Origin: Synechococcus sp. A15-24
GTDB lineage: Bacteria > Cyanobacteriota > Cyanobacteriia > PCC-6307 > Cyanobiaceae
Direction: 5' to 3'
Assembly: GCF_014280195.1 (NCBI RefSeq)
Contig: NZ_CP047960.1
Span: forward strand, 420,001-452,000
DNA length: 32,000 nucleotides
Positions within the stretch are counted from its first letter, which is position 1, and each line of letters begins with the position of its first letter. Below are positions 1 to 7,603 of the stretch, in pieces. Below the pieces are notes generated by a model. The model did no database searches and was not told the origin of the DNA. It saw only the letters and a list, made by a program, of their open reading frames with translations. The position numbers and the translations under genes were made by a program.

Positions 1-344
1 TAGCTATAAAAACTTCTCTTGGCAGTTACCCATGAACACTTCCCAGATGCTGATCGCATTCCTTGCGTTCGGTGCCTCTGCTAGTTCAATCGTCGCTTGG
101 CGGTTTGCCGCGTCCAGAATCTGGAGCGATGATCAATGATTCCTGTATCTGCTGTCGCGCTGACAGTGCTCCTCAAGCCTCTGCGGGCCATCGCTGCTTG
201 GCGTGACGGCTTTTTTAAATCACCTAAGCGGTTAGAGGAAAATCACACGTTGCGTTGATGCGGCTTAAAGCTTTTGTTTGGTGAGATGTGATACGACTTC
301 CTCCGAAAGAGCAGGCCTAGACCAAAGTAAATAAGGTTTTACCC

Positions 345-670
345 ATGACGATCCACATCACCAACGCCCAATCGATTGGAAGTCTCATCGTTGAGGGTAA
401 ACACAGCCCGTTTCATGCTTTGGCCTGCCCACTAGTAAGTATCTCTCGTGAAGTTGATTTTGTGGAAGTTTTCGCTGAGAAAACTTTCAGCGTACAGGAT
501 CTGCCACGGCCACTTGATGTGAGGCGTGCGATACCGGTGGCCTGAAGCGCATCCCGAAGGGGCTGGTGCTTGCTGCTGTTCAGGTGACAGCAGAAGTGGC
601 ATCACTCTCTTTCCTCCCAACACACACACCACTACACACAGCCCATATCAAGAGAAACACCCGTCAGTGA
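345..670 (+). pseudogene. Copy A of a small three-member gene family, apparently frameshifted
   Basis: ORF 345-545 (MTIHITNAQSIGSLIVEG...) resembles the N-terminus of copy C (MTIDKQQELKVIPTLIVGA...). The family's C-terminal block GGLKRIPKGLVLAAVQVTAEV is read in another frame, from 536 to the TGA at 668-670. Confidence 0.3.
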
Positions 671-730
671 CTGCAATTATGTGCGGCCCATATCTCATGA
701 CCCGAATGGCCTACGTCCAGAATTTATGGG

Positions 731-756
731 CCTCCCCCCTTTTACAAGGGGGGAGG
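731..756. other. Perfect 11-bp G/C-rich hairpin with a 4-nt loop
   Basis: CCTCCCCCCTT (731-741), TTAC loop (742-745), AAGGGGGGAGG (746-756). The arms are exact reverse complements. There is no adjacent U-tract on either strand. It lies between family copy A and parA. Confidence 0.6.
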
Positions 757-1095
757 GGCGGTAAAAACTTTTGCCCCCCTACAGCAGGCACGATCTCCTG
801 TCCTTTGGATTTGCCGATCCTTGACGCCACGGTTGCGAGGCAAGCTTTCAAGCCATTGGACGTAGTCGCGATTCATCTTCTGTGGCTAGTAATGGAACTG
901 AGACTCGTCCGCAAGTGGTGTTGCGGACTTGGCTCAGGCGATACGCCATGAGAATGCGGCGGATTGCCCTGTCAGGAAAGGAGTGGAGGCAAGCGCGACC
1001 AACCAACACTTTCATCGTTAAAAAAGGGCATAAACACGTATTGCCTTGCCGGGAATCAATGCGATCCTTATAAAAATGCCTCTAGCCGCTGCTTC

Positions 1096-1791
1096 ATGTT
1101 CATCACTGTCTTTGGTCAGAAGGGTGGTGTTGCCAAAACATGTACCAGTGTGCATCTAGCAGCATGCTGGAGCCATCAGCAAAAACGAGTGATCCTGGTT
1201 GATGCTGACCGCAACCGCTCAGCAACTGCTTATGGAGCCAGAGGTCTCTTACCTTTTCCAACAGTGCCAATTGAAGCTGCAGCCAAAGCCACTCGATCGG
1301 CAGAGATTGTTATTACAGATGGACAAGCAAGCAGTAACGAAGAAGAGATGAAAAACTTAGTGGAGGGGGCTGATTGCATTGTGCTACCAACGACCACCCA
1401 GAGCAGATCAGTCGAATTGACAGTCGAGATGTCACAAATGCTGAGGCAATACAAAGTCCCCTATGCTGCACTACTTGTCAAAGTGGATGCACGCAAAGAA
1501 GCTGCAGCGATGCAAGCGAAAGATTTACTCCAGGGATTTGATATCAAAGTTTTAATTGCACAAATTCCACTGCTTAGCGCCTTTGAACAAGCAGAAACAG
1601 AAGGGGTAACGGTTGATCAGGCAATTGATAAGCGTGGACGTGCGAATCCGCGTAGAATGATGGGTTGGACTGCATATAGTAATGCCTGCAAAGAAATTGA
1701 AGGTATATTTGAGGGGCTCCGTAAACAGGATCAAAGACAGTCGCCAATCGGGTGGGACTTCACTCCCATAGAAAAACGCAACGCGGCATAA
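1096..1791 (+). CDS. ParA/Soj-family partition ATPase; no parB-like partner recognised next to it
   Basis: Has the deviant Walker A GQKGGVAKT directly after the ATG at 1096 (MFITVFGQKGGVAKTCTSVHLA...), then VILVDADRNRSA and VITDGQ. I prefer ATG 1096 to the TTG at 964 because ParA proteins start just before the P-loop. Confidence 0.85.
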   Translation: MFITVFGQKGGVAKTCTSVHLAACWSHQQKRVILVDADRNRSATAYGARGLLPFPTVPIEAAAKATRSAEIVITDGQASSNEEEMKNLVEGADCIVLPTTTQSRSVELTVEMSQMLRQYKVPYAALLVKVDARKEAAAMQAKDLLQGFDIKVLIAQIPLLSAFEQAETEGVTVDQAIDKRGRANPRRMMGWTAYSNACKEIEGIFEGLRKQDQRQSPIGWDFTPIEKRNAA

Positions 1792-2103
1792 TACTATTGT
1801 CGCTGAATCAAATTTCCTCACGATTGAAGAGGAAAAGCTTGGCGGTCTGTTGGACGATTAGGCGTGAACTGCAAGTTGCCGCAATTTCGCTTGCGACTGT
1901 TTGACTCCGCAGCCACTACTCCGTCAGCACACGTCACAATGACGAAATGAAACGACCCCTGCTGCATGCGCTATTGGCTACTCCTCGCCTGAAGTGGTTC
2001 GCCGTTACCGCGCTGAAATGTTTGGAGAAGAGCAGATCCAGCGTGTCACGGCCAGCAGCAAGGGGCGACCACAGCACCACTACTACCGCCCGTAGGACTT
2101 TTC

Positions 2104-2283
2104 CTACTTGGGGAGACACCCCTTGTTGTTTGTTGTTCTGTGGTCATGCTGCGCCAGACTGGATTCATGAAACAGCTCCTTCGGGATGCGCTTCAGCCCA
2201 CCGGCAACGTATGCCTCCCAGCAATCGCCCACGTCGCCAACGATCAGGATTGGGATGACTGTCCCTTTGTGTTGAACGGACAT
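2104..2283 (-). CDS. Copy B of the small gene family; intact 59-aa ORF just below the track cutoff
   Basis: My translation is MSVQHKGTVIPILIVGDVGDCWEAYVAGGLKRIPKELFHESSLAQHDHRTTNNKGCLPK. It shares the VIPxLIVG block (2241-2260 vs 2868-2887, 19/20 nt) and the GGLKRIPKEL block (2173-2204) with copies C and A. Confidence 0.35.
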   Translation of the reverse strand: MSVQHKGTVIPILIVGDVGDCWEAYVAGGLKRIPKELFHESSLAQHDHRTTNNKGCLPK

Positions 2284-2496
2284 GGTGGCCGGTTTTTACT
2301 CCATTCAGACTTGTAACGAGAGCTACAGACACTGACCATTTGTCCTAGACCAAGGTCATATACAAAGAGGAACAGATGTTCCACGAAGTTTTTCTCACCA
2401 CAACACTGTGCTTGGCCATCGTTGGCGCCATGGCTCTCTTCTATGGAGAGCTTCTGCTGCTGAAACACGCCCGTTAGTTAGTCAGCTCCTGATCTT

Positions 2497-2916
2497 TCAC
2501 AGCAGCCCTGCACCTGTGAAGGCTTTGATCACTTCTGCTGTCATCTGATCAGCAGCATGCACAATCTCCTTCAGGATGCGCTAAAGCCCAGCAGGATCAA
2601 GGTGCGGACCGCACGTTGAAAAAAGGATAACTGGATCACAGAATCCACAGCCCAGAAGGTGTAGAAAGTCAACCGCAGATTCAGTGTCGTATAGGTCGTG
2701 ACTCACTTCCTGACGTTGATGATCGGTTTTGGCTTTGGAGTTGCTGTAGCGACCATTAGGAGCAACAACCGTCAGGTACTTAGACGTCGATCCAGATATC
2801 TGTTCAGGCGTATCAATAGACACTAAATTTGCCACCTCCAGTAGCGCAGAGGTAGCGAAAGCGCCGACGATCAGGGTTGGGATGACTTTTAGCTCTTGTT
2901 GCTTGTCAATTGTCAA
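2497..2916 (-). pseudogene. Copy C of the small gene family, with an in-frame TAG where A and B have AAG (Lys)
   Basis: ORF 2581-2916 ends ...DPAGL then TAG (2581-2583). The same frame continues RILKEIVHAADQMTAEVIKAFTGAGLL to a TGA at 2497-2499. Copies A and B read GGL-K-RIPK at the equivalent position. Confidence 0.35.
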
Positions 2917-3145
2917 CTAAAGTAAAAATTCTCATGGCAGGAGTAATTAAGATTCTTGACATAACATATTACTGGCGCCCGCCTGATTCCCCGATTCCTG
3001 AGACGTGTCGACGGATGGCTAGACACAAGGCCATTGAGGCTTGGGAGATAATGGTCAAAACCGGATGGCGGCGATGTTCACCGCCTGTCAGATAAGCAGA
3101 CACCTGCCTAAATCCATGGAAGACTCAGGCACCGCCTGAGAGCCA

Positions 3146-3535
3146 ATGGCCCGTTTCGACAAGTCCACACCCTTCATGTTGCTGGCGCGAATGCACGTCA
3201 AGCCAGATTGTGTTGACCAATATCTGGAGCTTGCCCGCATCACCGACGCAGCTGTTCAGGCGACTGAGCCGGGCATGATTCACCACACCTTTGATCAGGA
3301 CCCAGACGATCCCTTGGCTTTTGTGTGGTCCGAGGTTTACGCCAACGATGAGGCGTTTAGCGCCCACGTCTCTAACCCACCTGTTCAGGAGTACATGCAG
3401 AAACATGCTGAGCTTGGAGATGGCTTCAGCGTTGAGGTCTACGGCACTGTTGGTGATGAGTGTCGGCAACTGATGGAGTCGTTCGGCCTTCCGCTCAAGT
3501 TCTTTCAAACCAAGCTTGGTTACAGCAGGGTTTAG
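3146..3535 (+). CDS. ABM (antibiotic biosynthesis monooxygenase-like, ferredoxin-fold) domain protein
   Basis: ATG start. The pattern MLLARMHVKP...HHTFDQDPDDPLAFVWSEVYANDEAFSAHVSNPPVQEYM matches the usual ABM layout (Y/H..D..DP..F...E.Y.D..A...H..S.H...F). I prefer it to the antisense ORF 3125-3571. Confidence 0.7.
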   Translation: MARFDKSTPFMLLARMHVKPDCVDQYLELARITDAAVQATEPGMIHHTFDQDPDDPLAFVWSEVYANDEAFSAHVSNPPVQEYMQKHAELGDGFSVEVYGTVGDECRQLMESFGLPLKFFQTKLGYSRV

Positions 3536-3767
3536 GGGGGCTGGAGACGCTGCCTGATGAGATCGACTCACAGCACTGCAAGGAAATGCAGCAGCGGTGT
3601 GTGGTGCGGGACTGCCCTGAAGGCGTGCTGGGAATGTTATGGCGGTGGGTTAGTCGTTAGGTCTGCAGCGGGGAACACTTCAGGCAGTCACGTCTGACCA
3701 ATGCTTCAAGACACCCGCATCGCCCTGTTCCTTTAGGAGGGGTGATGTCAAGAAATAGTCACATTGA

Positions 3768-3795
3768 TTGACTCAGCGTAAGTCAATTCTAATAT
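3768..3795 (+). promoter_or_regulatory. Sigma70-like promoter candidate for the metzincin gene
   Basis: TTGACT (3768-3773), a 16-nt spacer, then TAATAT (3790-3795). It sits about 21 nt upstream of the ATG at 3817. The -35 element lies in a short inverted repeat TTGACT/AGTCAA. Confidence 0.45.
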
Positions 3796-3816
3796 TTTGT
3801 ATGTTGCAAATTAACA

Positions 3817-4980
3817 ATGAAACAGATTGAGCCAATTGAGCTAATTATGTCTCAAGGCGAAATTGACGATATGAAGTCTGTTGTCGGCAGCGACTTAATC
3901 CTGAACATATATATATCACCAGGAGGAGAGCCTCACACAGCATGGGATGATAGAGCGCAAGAGGACGTGAAAACTATAACTAAAAAGCCGGCTGAATGGC
4001 AATATAAAGTAATGCGTGAAGCCATGGAGATAGTCAACACGGAATTTGATATTACCCTTAACGAGGTGGAATATGAACAGCTTTCAGACACACAAATAAA
4101 GCTAACGACCGTTCCTAATGCGGATGCCGTTAATGGCTGGTGGATTCGTCCCTGGGACGGCATTACTGATATTTATTTATCAATGACATATCAATCCGGC
4201 CTGGACGGTAGTAAATATCCAGATGCCCATGACAATCCCGATAATTACACGCATGACGAATGGGAAAAATCCGAGTGGAAAAAGATTTTTATTCATGAAC
4301 TTGGCCATTTGCTTGGCCTCGAACATCCTTGGGACAAAGATGATGGAGACTGGGCAGTTGATGGACCAGACGATATGACTGAATACACATTAATGGGATA
4401 TGAAAGTTTAGATGCCAGCGGTAAAACGATGGATTGGTTCCAGGATGTAGATCAGCGCGCTTTGAGACAAATATGGGATGCATCAACAGTTACTCCAGAA
4501 CCAACTCCTGCTCCGGTTCCAACACCTACTCCAGAACCTGAACCTGAGCCCAACCCAGAAGCTAAGCCGGAACCTTATGACGGCATCATTGAATCGGTTA
4601 GTGGCAAAGGTAAATTAAAAGGAACGAAGGTTGCAGATGCCTTCACTTTCGATTCATTTGAAGCATTCACAAAGCAATCTGCTGACAATATCATTGGATT
4701 TAATGCGTCGCAAGGCGACACAATTGCCGTCAGTTACATTGCTTTCCCTGGCTTGAAAGGTGTCTCCGATATCAGCTTTGCATCGACTAGGAGTAAGAAG
4801 GAATTCAAACAAATGTCCAAGGAGGATTACGACTTTGTATATTTTGCGAAGAAAGGTCGCCTCTACTTCGATGGAAATGGCGCAGAGAAGAACTGGGGAA
4901 ACAGTGATGAAGGCGGTCTTGTGGCAATCCTGAAGGGAAAGCCTGAGCTAACTGTTGAAGACATCACACTGCTTGCTTGA
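3817..4980 (+). CDS. Metzincin-type zinc metallopeptidase with a Pro/Thr/Glu linker and a T1SS-substrate-like C-terminal domain
   Basis: Zinc motif HELGHLLGLEHP (HExxHxxGxxH) followed by a Met-turn-like YTLMGY. Linker TPEPTPAPVPTPTPEPEPEPNPEAKPEP. C-terminus has ADAFTFDSF...ADNIIGFNASQGDTIAVS and GRLYFDGNGAEKNWGNSDEGGLVAILKGKPELTVEDITLLA, as in serralysin/RTX-type tails. The N-terminus is acidic and shows no Sec signal. GC is about 43-47% by hand count. Confidence 0.8.
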   Translation: MKQIEPIELIMSQGEIDDMKSVVGSDLILNIYISPGGEPHTAWDDRAQEDVKTITKKPAEWQYKVMREAMEIVNTEFDITLNEVEYEQLSDTQIKLTTVPNADAVNGWWIRPWDGITDIYLSMTYQSGLDGSKYPDAHDNPDNYTHDEWEKSEWKKIFIHELGHLLGLEHPWDKDDGDWAVDGPDDMTEYTLMGYESLDASGKTMDWFQDVDQRALRQIWDASTVTPEPTPAPVPTPTPEPEPEPNPEAKPEPYDGIIESVSGKGKLKGTKVADAFTFDSFEAFTKQSADNIIGFNASQGDTIAVSYIAFPGLKGVSDISFASTRSKKEFKQMSKEDYDFVYFAKKGRLYFDGNGAEKNWGNSDEGGLVAILKGKPELTVEDITLLA

Positions 4981-4995
4981 TAAAGCTTCAACTGC

Positions 4996-5031
4996 AAACC
5001 CATAGCCCCGTCAGCAATGGCGGGTTTTTTA
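4996..5031 (+). terminator. Rho-independent terminator candidate after the metzincin gene
   Basis: Imperfect stem AAACCC..GCC / GGC GGGTTT followed by TTTTTTA (5025-5031). It starts 16 nt after the stop codon. Confidence 0.5.
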
Positions 5032-5080
5032 TTACCTCTTGCGCTTAGCCGGTTGCTTCTGGTGACTCATCGCATCTTGA

Positions 5081-6094
5081 CTAACTTGCCTTCGCGAATG
5101 CTTTCCGAACACTTCGCCACTCTGAGGTTCGGTAGCTGCGGTGATGCACTTCAACGGTGTGGCCCATGGCTGCAGCGATCAGGGTGTCGTCCTTCACGAT
5201 CCCGTGCGCTCGGACGCTGAAGGTGTCCCTGAATGAGTAGGGCCGGAGCCACTCGCCTCTTGCTTTGTACTCGCCCATCAGCTTTTGCCAGTAGGGCAGG
5301 CGTCGTAGGACATTACCCAGGGTTTTGCCGCTGACAGTGGGCGGCAGCTTGAGCTGATCCCAACTTTCCACCAGGTTGAAGGTGCTGCCATCGACGGCCA
5401 CGGCCTCCAGCCATCGTGGGTCTGTCTCCTCTTTCACTCCACCGCGGGTGTTGTAGGTCTTGCCCTTTGTGACACGGAGCTGGGGTTCGTCGTCGTCGTT
5501 GGTGGCTCTTGTGATGAACGCCACCTCCCATGAGCGGACACCGAAAACCCGGCAGATCTTGATGATGTTGCCCCAGGTCTCCGGGAGCACTCGGATCAGC
5601 TCCAGCACCTCGGCATCGGTGAGGACGGCCTTTTTCCTGCTCTTGCCATCAGCGCCACGGATCCTCAAATAGTCCTTCTCGGGAACAATGAACGCCTGAG
5701 GTTGCCGGTGCTCAGCGACCGCATATTCCAGGTACTTTTTCAGCGCCAGGCAGCACTCCAGCCGGGACTTTGGCATTTCGATCCAAGGTTTGAGTTCCTC
5801 GCCGTGTTTCTTGCCTGGCTTCTGATTGAACCTCGGATGGGTCAGCACCTTCTCCATCAGCTCCTTGCCCGTCTGGGCAGCTTTCCGGCCTTGTAGATGC
5901 ACCAGGGCCACACTCAGATAGCGCCCATAGCTGGCCTCAAAGGTCTTCGGTGCGATGCGGTTTCCGAGGTTGATCTTGTGGTGGCGAAAGGCGTTGAAGA
6001 TGCCAGGCCAAGGGGTCATGACCTCCTCTGCTTTGTGATCGCTGATCGCGAGCACGTCGGCGATGGCTGCCATGAGAGTCACGCCACCTTCCAT
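5081..6094 (-). CDS. Tyrosine recombinase / phage-type integrase
   Basis: The C-terminal catalytic region has FGVRSWEVAF (box I Arg), LRPYSFRDTFSVRAH and MGHTVEVHHRSYR (His-x-x-Arg ... Tyr). Confidence 0.85.
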   Translation of the reverse strand: MEGGVTLMAAIADVLAISDHKAEEVMTPWPGIFNAFRHHKINLGNRIAPKTFEASYGRYLSVALVHLQGRKAAQTGKELMEKVLTHPRFNQKPGKKHGEELKPWIEMPKSRLECCLALKKYLEYAVAEHRQPQAFIVPEKDYLRIRGADGKSRKKAVLTDAEVLELIRVLPETWGNIIKICRVFGVRSWEVAFITRATNDDDEPQLRVTKGKTYNTRGGVKEETDPRWLEAVAVDGSTFNLVESWDQLKLPPTVSGKTLGNVLRRLPYWQKLMGEYKARGEWLRPYSFRDTFSVRAHGIVKDDTLIAAAMGHTVEVHHRSYRTSEWRSVRKAFAKAS

Positions 6095-6552
6095 GACTGG
6101 CCCATAGATGCGGTTCAGAAGCCCTTGAACCGGCCCAATGGATGTTTCGTCCCAGGGATAGGGAAGCGTTGCTGAAGCGTTTGCGACACAAGCGCCTGGT
6201 GGGAATTGAAGCTTGAGGCGGACCTCCCGTAGTGCTCAGACAGGCCCCAACCACGCCAATGCGCCGTGGCTTGCAGCGCTCTCTCCCAAGGCTGCTTCTT
6301 GGACTGCCGAGGCACGTTTCGGGATAAAACTCGGGATAAAACTACTCTCCGCGACTCTCCAGCGCAACTGACAGCTATCTAGAACTACAGTGCTGGAAAG
6401 GCTTTGTCCTGAAACGCGTTGCGCTGACTGAGCTAATTTCAGTGCTATCACCCAAATGACTCATGGGGCCTGGAAGGGCCCTTTTCAATCTTTAAGGGAT
6501 AAGGCCGCACTGCTCAGTAGGCTGATCGTTGGCGAACTGAAAGGGCGAAGGA

Positions 6553-6855
6553 ATGGCCGCTGATCACGCGCTTCTCAAAGAAGTCGCATTGGAGCTGTGG
6601 AACACGACCAAGAAACTGCGGCCTGGGCTGCCGAAGGCGCCTCGCGCTCAGCTTGTTCTCAAAGCCCTGATGATCATTGGTGATGTCAGTGATCAACTGG
6701 AAGCTGCCATGGTCCTTGGGCTGATCGCCGACCAGGAGCCGGATGATGAGACCGAGCAGCTGGAGGATGGGGAAGACAAAACTGTCGAGCAAGACGAGAG
6801 CGACAACAGCCGGTCGACGCCGCGGGTTGTGCGCAAGCGCTCTGGTTCTCGCTGA
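6553..6855 (+). CDS. Hypothetical acidic protein (100 aa)
   Basis: ATG start and an acidic tail (EPDDETEQLEDGEDKTVEQDESD). No recognisable motif. An antisense ORF of similar size exists, so the coding call is weak. Confidence 0.3.
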   Translation: MAADHALLKEVALELWNTTKKLRPGLPKAPRAQLVLKALMIIGDVSDQLEAAMVLGLIADQEPDDETEQLEDGEDKTVEQDESDNSRSTPRVVRKRSGSR

Positions 6856-6898
6856 AGTGATTCATCTCTCCCCACTTGATCAGGGTGAGGGAGATTGA

Positions 6899-7603
6899 TC
6901 AGTTGAGCTGACCGCGACTGAGATGGTCTAGGTCGATATCGCTGTAAAACAGCTTCAGATCGTTGTCATAGCGATCAGCGACGAGATGGACGAGTCCTGA
7001 GTCTTCGAAGTACCGAACGACGTCGTTGTGATCGTCACCTCGACGACGATTCTTTTCGGGAAGATTGCCGAGAGTTGGCAATCGTTCTTGTCTCAAGCGT
7101 CGTTGCAACTGTTGCCAATCGCTCTCCATGGTTTCCAGGCGTCCAATGAAACTGGGGATGAGTTGACCATCGAGGCAAAGGATGTTGCTTTGAGGTAGCA
7201 GATGCACATCAAGGTCAGCATCGCTCGTCGTCGCAATGCATTCCAGAAAAGCTGAAAAAGCCATGCCGTGCTTCAGTCCCATGGCTTGCATTGGCCCAGG
7301 GACGTCATCCAATTCCAAAATCTTGTTGTTGTAGGCGGATACCAGTCGATCAAATGGATTGCGCACGAAGCTGAAGCTGAAGTGCGTGCCACGGCACATG
7401 CGTGCGGAGTGATTGTCCACCATGGAGGTCTCTCCATGGGTGCCTTTGCTCCAGAACGCGTCCGAGGTGGTGCGTAATCCCTTCTCGGGTGAAGTCGTCA
7501 GTAACCGGTAGAGACAAGCTTTGATCGAGCTGTTCGCAACTTTTGGGACTCGGCCATAAAGCAGAGGCAGGTCGCGAAACTGAATGAAATGACGCTCGCT
7601 CAC
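6899..7603 (-). CDS. Sulfotransferase, Sulfotransfer_2-like (carbohydrate sulfotransferase type)
   Basis: LLYGRVPKVANSSIK (5'-PSB-like loop, compare vPKvgsTt) and SFVRNPFDRLVSAYNNK (3'-PB-like RNP.dR..S). It is a paralog of 8439-9215. Its GTG start overlaps the upstream stop (GTGA). Confidence 0.8.
   Translation of the reverse strand: MSERHFIQFRDLPLLYGRVPKVANSSIKACLYRLLTTSPEKGLRTTSDAFWSKGTHGETSMVDNHSARMCRGTHFSFSFVRNPFDRLVSAYNNKILELDDVPGPMQAMGLKHGMAFSAFLECIATTSDADLDVHLLPQSNILCLDGQLIPSFIGRLETMESDWQQLQRRLRQERLPTLGNLPEKNRRRGDDHNDVVRYFEDSGLVHLVADRYDNDLKLFYSDIDLDHLSRGQLN

Larger units (their letters stand above)
1..6500. mobile_element. Putative integrase-associated genomic islet (ends not identified)
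   Basis: Contains a tyrosine integrase (5081-6094), an orphan ParA (1096-1791) and decayed multi-copy small genes. Hand-counted GC in 60-nt samples is about 43-47% in the metzincin gene, against about 63% in neuB. I found no att repeats or tRNA target in the window, so the boundaries are guesses. Confidence 0.35.

Noticed and set aside
611-645. A CA-rich low-complexity run (CAACACACACACCACTACACACAGCC)
   Set aside because: It is short and imperfect, and it lies within the decayed C-terminal tail of family copy A. Nothing suggests a function beyond sequence drift.
3125-3571. A 148-aa minus-strand ORF overlapping the ABM gene
   Set aside because: The plus-strand frame has an ATG start and the ABM domain pattern. 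The minus-strand frame has no recognisable family features.
4486-4580. Repetitive CCA/CCT/GAA/ACT-rich DNA that at first looks like a tandem or spacer-repeat array
   Set aside because: It is in frame within the metzincin gene and encodes a Pro/Thr/Glu linker. There are no regularly spaced identical repeats. No CRISPR-like array was seen anywhere in the window.
6427-6435. TAGCTCAGT (minus strand), which resembles a tRNA D-arm, near the integrase. I checked it as a possible tRNA integration target.
   Set aside because: There is no matching D-stem closure, no T-loop and no acceptor pairing in the flanks, so it is not a tRNA or a recognisable tRNA fragment.
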